The position numbers and the translations under genes are program-made. This document shows positions 15,052-26,800 of a stretch of DNA of 64,000 nt, one piece after another. Under the pieces are notes generated by a model. The model made no database searches and was not told the DNA's origin. It saw nothing but the letters and a program-made list of their open reading frames with translations. Source of the DNA: Takakia lepidozioides (Eukaryota > Plantae > Bryophyta); contig CM060732.1 of the NCBI GenBank assembly GCA_030704615.1, forward strand, positions 78,926,001 to 78,990,000, read 5' to 3'. Within the stretch, counting starts at the first letter, position 1. Each line of letters opens with the position of its first letter.

Positions 15052-16653
15052 CAAGAGGCTGCAGCATTGGCAATTCAATTTACTGATAATAAATAACTCA
15101 GAGAGATTTATTCACACTGTCGGTGCTTGGCTGATGGGTCCAACCATGCTAATCTTTGGAAGTACATTAGTGTATTGGCTGAATGGCCTTTGAAGGTCCA
15201 GCGGTCGTCACTGTCGTGAGTTGTTGATGTGAATCACTCCTCACTCCTATGGCTGCATATGTGTATTTTAACAGGGGAAAAAGGTGGCCACACAGAGATG
15301 GAAAGGAAACACCTCCTGCACAAGGGAACCTCCATGGAATCTCCATGTCAGGAGGAGGGCAAGTGCTGGTCTCCTTCAGTGCAACTCATAAGAGATTCTC
15401 CTGTAGAATGGTGAGCTGCAAAAGTCAATTTTGTTTTGGCCTGAATCTCTCTCATGTTCATGAAGACCCTGTCCTTGGAGATCATTTTTGTCGGAGCTTG
15501 CTGTCAGCAGGTTTTGGTGGGGAGGATGTTTCTTTCCTTTCACCCATGTACGCGGCCAGATGTTCCACTCTGGTGAGTATTCCCTTACTTTAAACCTCCG
15601 TCCAGGAACATTGTTTTTGAAGCATATAACCTTGATAGTACCGACAGCCAACAGAAAGGGAATTTTCGAATCCATTCAAAGGATTGACTTGGAGAGATGA
15701 ATCACATGCCCATACAGATCCTGCGTTCCGAATGTTTCTCTGTGAAGCTTCGTTAAGCTTGAGAATTTGTGATCACTGTTTCCATAAGGGCAAAACTAGT
15801 TATAGCTTCCCCCATCAACGCTCCTCCCCTCATGTAGTTGGGGTGCAGGTTGCTTTGTTGAAAGCCAGGATGGAGCCAGGCTGCTAGAAGGTGAAGTACA
15901 TTTCCAAGCACATCTCAAGCCAGCACACCTTTGGAAATGATACAGTCTTTATAACCTTTGAGAAGCCTAACAAATATATACTACTTGCAGCACCAGGGCA
16001 AGGGCCTATACATACTCCAAAAGGCATGTATTAGCATGTCAATTAGACATGACTATTTTCCCACCCACTGCCAAGGAGGATGTGAGAGTAGTGAGTCCAT
16101 GTCTTTTCTGCCTGCGAAGCTCTGAAGTGGCCTTCATTCAGCACAAAACACCTGACTAGGTTGCCACCACGGAAGAGAATCAAGAATGTGATTCGGCATA
16201 CATCATCCTGGAGGGGCAATGCCCGTATTGCCCATCTTAGTGCTGCAGTGGCTGCCAGAAATTTAATCCCCTAAGAACTCATGATAACCGCCATTACACT
16301 TAAACAGTACGAGTCGACAACATTATAGACAACCTTATAGACAGACAGACTCCATCTGAGTCCGAAAACTCCAACACACAAGCACAGCCTGTAAGCACTT
16401 CCCGTAGCTGCACCCTGACTTAGCTGTTCTTTTTTCTATTTCCCCCACTCAGTTCTCGCAGGTCTGGTCCGAATGATGTGGAAGGTTGAATGTTGGTTGA
16501 CAGGTCATGGAGGGTGATTGACAAGAGGCACCTGCCACCAATAAGCTAACTATCCTCTTGAAAGCATTGGATTTGTTCGACAGCAGGACAGAGAGTATCA
16601 ATTCCCCAGCACTTGGATCAGACTGCAAATTCGAGTTAAACCGGCCCTGGATG

Positions 16654-17621
16654 TCAGCTCTTTGCCTCAACTGGAATCTCTGTACTAGGGGCAGGAGCAT
16701 TCATCACCAGAATAACCTCGCCCCCGTCAGCAAACACTCTGCCAAGGTAGAGCTTCAACTCATTTTCCCCATTACTGAAAGCCCAGGGGCCAGCAGCATC
16801 ACTGTCCAGATTGTACCATGTGCCTCGCAAGTTGAGGAGAGTTACCCAGTGCCTACTTTGCCACAGACCCATCAGTTTCCTACTCCAAAAGTTTACAATG
16901 ATGCCAAGCAGCCGATCGCCATAGTTTGCAAGCTCTAAGCCCTCCAGTCCTTTGCGGCGATCGAACCAGACCACCTCCTTCCCTCTTGAAACGAGCGCAG
17001 CAATTAGCACGTTAGCATCGTAATTTCCTGTGAGTGTATTTCGGTGTGGCTTGAAGATAAGGGAGAAAACCTTGTTGAAGCTCTTCTCGACGGACTCCAT
17101 AGCGGGCAAGTTATCTGCAATCGAATCCAGCTCCTTTCGAGTGAATGCCTTCTCGTTCTGTATCAAAGTCGATCTTGGATCAACAAAAATTTAAAACGAG
17201 AGATAACGAAGTGGTAACTTATTTCAACTATAGGTACCTGCAAGATTGTTTGCATAAAACCCACCCAAGAATTATAATGGAAGATTCTGCTACAGCCTCT
17301 CAAACTGAGGAAATGGGTCCGGTGACAACCTTTCAAAGAGACATTAGGAGAGCGCTTCATCAGCAAGAATAGGCTATCCTCACAAATGGAGCGTTTCTGG
17401 TCTTCAGAACTAAATGGTTCTGCCAAGTATGAACATCCTGTTAAAATATAGTAGCATCTCGCGCTAACTTTGTCTTGAAGAAGAAACTCCTCCATTTGAA
17501 GGCCAAACAGTGGGACCGAGGCAGGAGAGCGCACCTGCAACAGATTATTGAGAGCGTGCAAGAGACAGAACTGCAGGCGCTGCCTCTCATGGTACATTCT
17601 CCCGCCCTCCTCTTCCGCCAT
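16654..17621 (-). CDS. Josephin-domain deubiquitinase (JOSL-like), 2 exons
   Basis: Exon 1 is 17535-17621 (YHERQRLQFCLLHALNNLLQ, catalytic Cys). Exon 2 is 16654-17157 (GNYDANVL, RHWV His, WYNLDS Asp). The phase-0 GT-AG intron gives an intact frame of about 196 aa. Confidence 0.95.
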
Positions 17622-18519
17622 ATCCGACGCCAGGATTGTGCGCTAAATACACACGAGAGAACACAAAAAGGCCACAACTAAACCTTGGTTGAAGGCTGTG
17701 GGGCACCATGATAATTCGGTCATAGTATGCCAGCCGCCCAACACAGACTGCCACTGTGTGACGCAGTGTCAAGGCAGTGTGAGGCAAACTGTGGGACGAG
17801 ATGGCGGATCCGCGGGGTCTGCAGAGCATTCCACGCCTCGCCTTCCGAGGCTGTGCACTTTGTATGCTCGTACCTTCATCACTGCATCTCTGTTTTTTTT
17901 TTGTTTTTGTTATTTTTGAAAAGATGAGGAAAAAATAACCTCACATGACAGGCCATGGAGGCTGAGGAAAGGGACGATAGTGCCGCGGGCCGGGGCTGGG
18001 CTGCTGGCTCGCCCGCTGCTCCTGCGACGCGCTCCTTTGCGCTCTTGCTGGCTTCTCCTTACCACGTCGCCTCTTCCTTGGCCCTACCATCAGGCGCTGC
18101 CATGTTGCCTCCTCTTGCAACGTGCCAAATTTTCGCCATACAGTAATCGGTGCAGGGTATGGGAAATCCAGCAAGTCGCCACATATACTGTATGGTGGGA
18201 TTCATGGATGGATAGATAATGATGTTAAAAATGGATGTAATCCATATTAGGTTCAGCTTTAGGGTTTGTCTCCTCTAGTTCATCGTGTTTGTCTTTGGCA
18301 TTTCTCTTCTTCTGTAGGGAACTTCTCCATCCCGTCTTTTCGGTGAAGTTCTTGGACTACAAGTTGAGATATGGCTTCCACAATTCTTCTTTGGTGCTTA
18401 TGATCTTTGTGCTTTGCATTTCTTTTTTTCGTGCTTCAATGCTTTATGTTTTTCATTTTTTTCCTTTGATTTTCAACCTTGTTATTCTCTTCTTCATCTT
18501 GTATCTCTGTAATATGGAT

Positions 18520-19170
18520 CTTAGGGTATATCTCCACTTGATCGTGTCTTGTTCTTTCACTTTCTTTGTGGTGGAGTTCTCGCTTCACAAGTTGCTTGAT
18601 TGTTTTATTTTCATATCTTTAAAGAGGGTTTCAACCTTTGTTATTATCCTCTTTGCTTTGGGTCTCTTCATGTTTTAAGTACACTTGTGAATAGATACAA
18701 AAGATAATTTATCAACATTCTTCTATGATTCCACTAGGATTGTATATTAAGTCAAATCTAACAAGTTTTAGTTTAGGGTTTAGGGTTTAAAACCTAATGT
18801 TTGCATTGGATATAGTCTTGGATAGTGGATTTCAATACACGAGGTATTTTTAGGTTTATCTCCACTTCATTGTGTCTGATTTTTTTAGTTTGTCTTTGGT
18901 GAAGTTATCGCTTCACAAGTTGTTTGATTGCTTTATGTTTCTTCTTTCTTCTTTGGGTTTCTCTGATTTGCTTTGGATCTCTTATGTTTTAAATACACTT
19001 GTGAGTAGATACAAAAGATATTTCATCAACATTATTCTAGGATTCTACTAAAATTGTATACTAAGTCAGAGTTGAGATTTTTTAGTTTAGGGTTTAGGGT
19101 TTAAAACCTAATATTTGCATTTGATATAGTCTTGGATATGGGATTTTAATACTGTCACGAGGTATTTTTA
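18520..19170. repeat. About 320-bp tandem duplication containing telomere-like TTTAGGG motifs
   Basis: The unit (tatctccactt...cttcacaagttg...tacacttgtga.tagatacaaaagata...tttagggtttagggtttaaaaccta...cacgaggtatttt) occurs twice, at ~18527-18850 and ~18857-19170. Confidence 0.75.
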
Positions 19171-19372
19171 CATTGTGTTTGAAAACTTGAAGCTTTTTTA
19201 GATCGCTAGATTATGTTTGAAGATTTAAAGCCTTCATTAGGTTGTTAAAAATTAATTTAGTATGACCGTAGATTTAGTGTACAACTATATATTATTGATA
19301 AAATTTGAGTTTAATTTTGTGGTTTGTTTGGGGTTTGGGGTTTAGATTCATGACTCCTCGCGCCAAAAAATA

Positions 19373-19725
19373 GAAACAAATAACTGAAAATGAGAAGTAG
19401 ATAAGGAGACAGAAAACGGCTACAGAAAATGAGGTAAATACAAGACGAAATACTCTCAAGCGCATTGAGGAAAACTTGAGATTAAGTTTGAGAGCGAGAG
19501 AGAGAGGGTTGGGAAACTAGGTGACATGAGGGCATGTTGGTGCCTCCCATGTCACCTATCGTGTCACCTGGTTTCCCAACTCTCTCTCTCTCTCTCTCTC
19601 CTTCTCAAACTTAATGTCAAGTTTTTCCTCAATGCGCTTGAGAGCATTTCGTCTTGCATTTATTTCATTTTCTGTCGTCACTTTTTGTCTCGTTATCCAC
19701 TTCTCATTTTCAGTTCTTTGTTTCC
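19373..19725. repeat. Foldback inverted repeat with about 155-bp arms; MITE-like hairpin
   Basis: 19373-19530 (gaaacaaataactgaaaatgagaagt...ctctcaagcgcattgaggaaaacttga...gggaaactaggtgaca) is the imperfect reverse complement of ~19560-19725. Confidence 0.85.
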
Positions 19726-19812
19726 ATCGTAACCAAAGTGTCCACAAAACCCCATAATAAATATGGAGCACTAAGAGCTAGTCAAGGATTCCCTCTCCTA
19801 CACTTGGAGGGT

Positions 19813-20330
19813 TCAAAGGAAAGATAGACCTTGGACCTTCCTTTTTTGAAGATGCGATGGAGATAACATCCGATTCGTCTCCAGCAGCGGGGGAAAGACG
19901 GGTGCTAATCGAGCTACCAACTCGACGGGAGATGGTCGTTCACCTAATGGTTGTATCAAGGTTCTGCTACATAGATGGCCACCCTTTGCCCATGTGTTGT
20001 CAAAGGCAGACATTAATTGCTCTCGCCTCCTCTCGGTACTTTTGGAAAGAGCTGCACAAAGGACATTCCAAGCTTTTCTAGCTTCAGGCAAAATGTCTGA
20101 GTGAACTCTAAACAAGATTACCTTTCTGCAGCTTATTTGGCCCTCGTAGACCATTGCACACCTGGATTTCCATATGTTCCACAGCGTGTGAGCACGCAGA
20201 GCAGCCCATACAGGGCATGGACTTCAAGTTCCAAGAGAGGAGACATTCAAAAGCAGGACAGAGGGAATATTAAAGTAGACAGAGTTCCATTTAGCATAAA
20301 ATAGAAGGACGAGTTGTCACACATATAGAA
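19813..20330 (-). mobile_element. 3' fragment of an L1-type LINE ORF2
   Basis: The minus strand reads PVWAALRAHTLWNIWKSRCAMVYEG...EARKAW, the W-x-I-W-x-x-R-[CN] C-terminal signature of plant L1 ORF2. It resembles the fragment at 35387-35830. Confidence 0.55.
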
Positions 20331-21582
20331 TCTTAGAATCTCTTCTCTAATTCTCATGCAGACAGGGTACACAGGTCTCAACTAGTGCACAACTTTAGGA
20401 GGCTCCTACTAATGTTTGCCCCAATTAGAATTCTCTGAAGTAGAAAGTTGTGTATGATACACAGAATTCCTTGAGAGAGACAATGATAGTTAGTTCCCTC
20501 CAAAGGATAATTGTTAACCTAGTCTTCACTTACAGTTAGAACCATGATGATGTGTTCCACTGACTCACTCTAATGCTAAGGTGGGTGGTTGATGGGCCCA
20601 ATTCAATTCCATTCAATTCGATATGAAACTCCGTGAACCCCAACAACAGAAGCAGGATGAGGCGGTGGGCCCCCTTCTAGAAGGCTCCACCACCGCCTTA
20701 AGAGAGTATATAAAGAGGGTAAGGGGTATACATTTTACAAGGTGTCTTCTACCTCTTTTTGGTGGGCTCTGCAAACAGGGTCCCCTTAGAAAATTAAAAT
20801 TTGGAACTTGAACCATCTTGAAATAAAGAGAAGTGCTACCATAAACATCCCCGCATTACCACCGCAAGTACAATTATCTATTTAAATGCCAAGGTAAGGG
20901 ATAGAGGGGCCGCCAAATCATGTTGACTTAGTTGACTATATGCGTGCCCAATTGTTCATGCCACTTGTGGACAATGTTTTGCAATTATGTCGTTAAACGT
21001 AGGAAATGTTTTGCATGGGGCTTAGGTGTATTTGATGGTACTTTTTGTATTCACTTCACAATATTCAAAACATTGCTCCATAGGCATACGAATAAAACAT
21101 GGAGAAGCGTGCGGTGTGAAGAATTGAAATATAAGAGCAAGTGAAATTTCCTACGCATCCAAGTGTGTCTCCTATTTGAAGACCCATCTAAGCCCAAGTG
21201 CAATCTCCTATGTATCCAAGTGTTTCTCACATGTAGAGGCCCAAGTGCTACCTCCAGTGTCATTTCAACACTTAAACACTGTAATTTAGTTGAAATTTCC
21301 AAAATTATTCATATTTCTATAATTCTCGGCCCGTAGGTCCAAATTTTGTGAAACCAAGGTGGTCAGTCGTTAGCCCAAGGGTTCAAATATGTCATCTAAG
21401 TCCAAGTGCATATGTATCCAGGTGCATCTCCTATCGAGGCTTCATATATTGATATATCCAATCATTGTCCCAGGAAAGCCCACTTTGCTATTTTTCACGA
21501 ATTTCCAGTGACCAAAAGTACTTGAAATTCCATATCTCCCACACCGCAAGTCCAAAAATTATGAGACCAAGTGCACCCCTAC

Positions 21583-22489
21583 GAGGTTGGGTAGCGCGTG
21601 AGCATGCTCACGTGAGCACAAGGGCATATTCCTCGAATTTCCATGAAATTTCCACAGCGAAATGAACTTGGCGAAACTCAAATTATGCGAAACTTATAAC
21701 ACATAAAGAACAAGTAGCCCCCTATACCTGATGAACATGCATCTTACCCTATAGGCGTGGTTTTTCTCCAAAACAGATACGAGAGTGGGGTGAGACTTCA
21801 CCTCAAATTGCAAGTCCTCGCCTATAGCTAATTTCTCACAGGGAAACTCTATACCAAACAACATGAGAAGAAATCACATTGAAGGATAATTTTGCACAGC
21901 GAAACTCTGTACCAACTAGCCTAAATTGGATGTGGGATTGTTGGGTGATGGGATTTCGTATAGAAAGTTTCGACTCAAGATATATCAGTAAGGGTTTCTC
22001 AATGCGAAACCCACCGCTGCATAGGTTTGTGTCCATATCACCAAGTCTTTCTCAAACACCAATAAGGGTTTCTCAATGCGAAACCCACAGCTGCATAGGT
22101 TTGTGTCCATATCACCAAGTATTTCTCAAATATCAGTATGGGTTTCTCAATGCGAAACCCACTGCTACATAGGTTTGTGTCCATATCACCAAGTCTTTTC
22201 AAATACCAGTAAGGGTTTCTCATTGCCAAAACACCACGCTGCACTGCATCGGTTTGTGCCCATATCACCAAGTATTTCTCAATGCGAAACTTGTCTGCCG
22301 CTATAAGATTAGGTTTTCTGGCTACACTACTGAAGTTTTCGCCTCGCTAAATTGGTGCAGACGTACCGTATATATGCACCGGTCTTCTATACCCGCTTAT
22401 GGTTTTTTCCATTTTGGAAACAAATAACTCTTATGACCAAGGATAAAACTCCCATGACCGTGGGTTGTGCTCAGGCTATACCAACCCCC
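21583..22489. mobile_element. Non-autonomous Mutator-like element (907 bp) with a 9-bp TSD and an internal ~74-bp tandem array
   Basis: Perfect TSD CACCCCTAC at 21574-21582 and 22490-22498 interrupts the host motif gtgcacccctactcatc. Imperfect termini are gaggttgggtagc and gctataccaaccccc. Subterminal gcgtgagc and atgaccgtggg motifs are shared with the 30341-33397 element. Confidence 0.8.
21985..22290. repeat. Tandem array, about 4 x 74 bp, with an imperfect palindrome core GGGTTTCTCAATGCGAAACCC
   Basis: Units start at ~21991, 22065, 22139 and 22212. Confidence 0.85.
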
Positions 22490-23854
22490 CACCCCTACTC
22501 ATCAAGGGCTTTCCAATGGTACTAAAATCGTGGCCAGAGGCCCCGCGGTTTGGGAGATCTCAACGACACTACAAACAATATCGTGAACGTCAATATTTTT
22601 AAAACCCAATTTACGTTTACGTCCACGTGCACAAAAGACAATGAAGGGCCAATCATTGCTCCAGGAAAGCCCAATTTGCAATTTTTCACGAATTTTCAAC
22701 GACCAAAAGTACTTGAAATTCCATATCTTTCACATCGCAGGTCCAAAAATTATCCGGTGCACCCCTTCTCATCAAGGGCTTTCCAACGGCACCAAGCACC
22801 AGGGTTGGGGCCCCGCAATTTGGGAAATATCAACGAAAAAACAAAACAAACAAAACAAACAAAACAAAAAAAAAAAAACTTCTACCTTGCTTCATATATT
22901 GTCGTTGGCCCATGTGTGAAGAATTGAAATATAAGACCAATTCCTATGTATCCAAGTGACTCTCCTATGTTAAGGCCCATCTAAGCTCAAAGCGCAATTA
23001 TCCCTATGTATCCCAAGTGCGTCTCCCATGTAGAGGCCCAAGTGCGACCTCCAATGTCATTCACTAAATTGAATTTCAGCGACCAAAAATGTTCATATTT
23101 CTATAATTCTCGGCCCGTAGGTCCAAATTTTCTGAAACCAAGATGGTGCACCCCAAGCCCATCGAGGGCTTTCCAACGCTATCAAAATCGTGACCTCTAT
23201 CTAAGCCCAAGTGCAACCTCCAGTGTCCTTCCAACACTTGTTTTTGTAATTTTAAAGTTGAATTAATTGTTTATAATTCCATAAGTCTTAGCTTGTAGGT
23301 CCAAATTTTGTGAAACCAAGTCGGTGCACCCCTACTCATCGAGGGCTTTCCAACGGTACTAACATCGTGGCCAGAGGCCCCACGATTTTGGGTGAAAGCA
23401 AGTTAGGGGGCTCAGTAGTAAAATTGTAACAACATCATTTTTGCAGTACATACTTACTCTCTATTGACCCATACTCTTTATATTCTATGAAAAAGATCAA
23501 ATGGGACTCATATAGTGCAACATACTTACCCACTTTAAAGCATCATCAGTCAATTCATAAATATTTGGAAATATTGGACTTTTGAAAAAGTCGTGGCCAA
23601 ATGCATTAGTATACAAATGTTATCGTTATGGACTTTTTTCTTTCATGGTACATACCAAAATGAAAAAAAAAGACTCACTATAAATAAACACTTTTCTTAA
23701 AGAAACTGAAATGACAAATCTAATAGATTAATATGCATTTATGTAGATGTCATGTACTTTTAAGTACCCTAAAAAACAGTGAATTTCCAAATTGTTCTAT
23801 AGGAGGAAAATGAATGAATTAGAGAAACTCCGTCATTGAAAATGCCAGCACCTG

Positions 23855-26800
23855 ATGAAGGTGGGGGACGAAACTGCGTCGGAGGGCGACTCAGACACTA
23901 TGGACACAGACGAGCCAGACGTTGTTGCGAAGGAAGCGACGCCGAAGGGGAAGAAGGCTGCGCAAACGGGGAGGACGGCCGCCATTGTGGCTACATCGAA
24001 GGCATCTGGGAGTGCTGCACCCAAAGGACCTAAGGTGATTCTCTTCCTTGGCTTTTTTTTGTGCAGTGTTCAGGGCATGAAAATTGAGTGCGGTGACGCA
24101 CGCAATTTTCATGCCCTCTTTTCTTCTCTTTTTTGCTTGAACATTCGGAGGAAGACCTGAGTGATGCAGGCATTGCACAACCTCCAAACATGTAGGTGAG
24201 CCTCTCCTCTCTTTTCATCTCCTACAATGGAGGAGGCACGTTCACATTTCTACCCAGTTCCTAAGATGAGAGACCCAGAAATGAGATAAGGCCATTGAGA
24301 CAAACCCCAGAAATTACGTGCGTCAACGCACGCAATTTGTGTGTGTTCTTTCAATGACCTTCTCTCATTTCTGGGTCTCTCATTACCCTAATCTCTGAAG
24401 GGTCAGCCGGGTGAAAGCATGATAATGTGTACCACTGACACTCCTGAAAATGACTAAATTTTGACTGCTGGCGCGTTACACCACGGCGCGCGGACATGAC
24501 ATGTTGCGGTTGGAACAAGATTTTTGCCATGGGTACATAGAGGGTCAATCTATTTTTTACGTTTCCTTGACGGACTCCTGTGGCAGAGAGGTGTTGGTGA
24601 ACGAGTCCATTGTTGGAGGCTGGGCTCCTATATGACGACAAATCAACGAGGAGTTTGAATCTATCATTTGCAAGAGGCTCGTCACCCAGCCTTTCTCAGG
24701 CAAGATGTTTCATGTCTGGGATGGCAACCACTGATTGTTTGCATGGAGGAACATGATCGAGAGATATCATAGCACCGAGGAAGAGTGGCACTATTTTGTG
24801 GCCTCAATGGTGCTGGATCCCAAGGGAAACATCACTGCACTTTTGACGGCAATGCATGATGTGAACAAGTAAGTGTCTTCTTCCCCTTTTATTGTCTGAC
24901 TTTTTCCCATATTTGATGATATACCACTTAATATGACAGGGGAACCGAAGCCACCCATGTGACAAGGAACTTGCTTCACACCCTATTCAGGATCCAGAAT
25001 ATCGGCGAGATGCCCCTCAATTCATTCAAGAGCATCCTGAGTGCGAAGTCCTTCAAGAAATGCATGACATCCAAAACGTCAGACACCCGGTACAAGCTGA
25101 CGAGGGAAGCATTCATGGAGTACGGTTAATATTCCATCACTTGGGCCTTCCATTGTCTGTTGTAATTGTAAGTAATATATGATCTCATTCCGGATTACGT
25201 TTTGCAGCAAGAGATAGCGGAAGCTGGAGAGAGAGGAAAAGCAAAGTACTATTTAAAAAACCCGGAGGGTATGAGAACGTCCAAGGGAGTGGCGGAAGCC
25301 ATAAAATTGCAGATGAATGAGACCCGGAAGAAGCTCATGACCGCTTTCGTGAAGCAGCTAAGAATAGCTGACCCTGATTTTGGTCCCGAGTTCCTAAACC
25401 AGGTGAGGATCCACTGGAACAATAACACAAAACCGGAGATGACACATAAGAAACTGCACCGGTTGTCAACTGTAGTAGTGGACGCAGACCAGAAAGCGAA
25501 ATGGTTGGAGATTTGGAATTTCGACCCAACTGCCAAGGATACATGCTGCTTCCCTAGGGGGGAAAGAGATGAGAACATTGGGCACATCAAACCCTTTAGC
25601 GACCAAGTTTTTGATACATGGCTGCACAAAGCCATCTACTGGAGCCAGGTAATCTTTAGGACTTTCTTTGCTTGAAATGATAGAAATATCTTTCTAGGCA
25701 TGGACTCTAATCTAGGCATATGTCTCCCAGCAGATTGAAGCTCGTGCAAACAAGGTGCTGGAGAAACAGCTTCATGATTACAAAATTACGATGACCGTGC
25801 CAGAGGACACTCTGGAGGATTACTTGGAACAGTGGAAGGCCACTGCATGGAGCAACTGCTTCTTCAGAGAGTTTTCCCGAGATGGAGGCATAACTTGAAA
25901 TGAACCTTGTATTAACACGAGGTTGATTTCCGAGAATGTTCATTTGAATGTGACTTGATGTGTTCGCAAATGAACAAATGAGTTTGAGGAACAAATGCAA
26001 CAAATGGTAGATGCACGCACAACACGATTGATGACGTGACATATACTGACAGACATACGACTTCATTTTATTATTATTATTATTTTTCTCCTGGGGGGTG
26101 ATGCAAATCAACTTTGCGTTGACGCAACCTTGATTTGAGACATGAAAGCATCATTTTTTGATGATGATGATTTTTATTTTTATTTTTTATTTTATTTTTT
26201 TCCCCTCCCCTGGGGGTGATGCAAATCAACCTTGCGTTGACGTAACCTTGATTTGAGATGTGAAAAATCATTTTTTGAAGATTTGTTTTTTTTTTTCTCC
26301 TTGGGGAGTGATGCAAATCAATCTTGCGTGACGCAACCTTGATTTGAGAAATGAAAGCATCATTTTTTGAAGATTTGTTTTTTTTTTTCCTCCGTGGGGG
26401 GTGATGCAAATCAACCTTGCGTTGATGCCACCTTGATTTGAGAAATGAAAGTTGTTGTTGTTGTTGTTGTTTTTGTTTTGTTTTGTTTTTTTTTTTCCTG
26501 GGAGGGTGATGCAAATCAACCTTGCGTTGACGCAACCTTGATTTGAGAAATGAAAGCATCCTTTTTTTAGGACTGTTTTTTGTATTTTGTATGGTTGTTG
26601 GCCATGTTGTTCTTCGTTTCGTGTCTTGCATTGCAAGTCTTGCCAACCTGTTCTACACCATGTTTTTTCATTAACCGCAAAGACGCTTTAGGGATTTCCT
26701 GGTGTTTGTCTGGAGAACGTCTATCAATGAAAAGTGGATGTGAATTCGGGGAAAGGAATTTCGTTAGAACAAACTCATTCTCCTTCGTGTTCATTACGCA

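Larger units (their letters stand above)
21090..23390. repeat. Complex dispersed repeat (CCAAGTGCA-rich units) hosting Mutator-like insertions; resumes at 34088-34520
   Basis: The blocks aagcccaagtgcaat, gtccaaattttgtgaaaccaag, gtgcacccctactcatcgagggctttccaacgg and ttcatatattg recur in 21090-21582, 22490-23390 and 34088-34520. Confidence 0.7.

Noticed and set aside
18289-18678. Hydrophobic 129-aa ORF
   Set aside because: T-rich repeat sequence overlapping a tandem duplication; a compositional artefact.
19786-19795. GGATTCCCT as a left terminus pairing with AGGGAATCC at 30590
   Set aside because: No TSD, and 30590 is internal to the TSD-defined 30341-33397 element.
26080-26646. Lys-rich repeat ORFs (also 31893-33132)
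   Set aside because: Translations of tandem arrays and homopolymer tracts.
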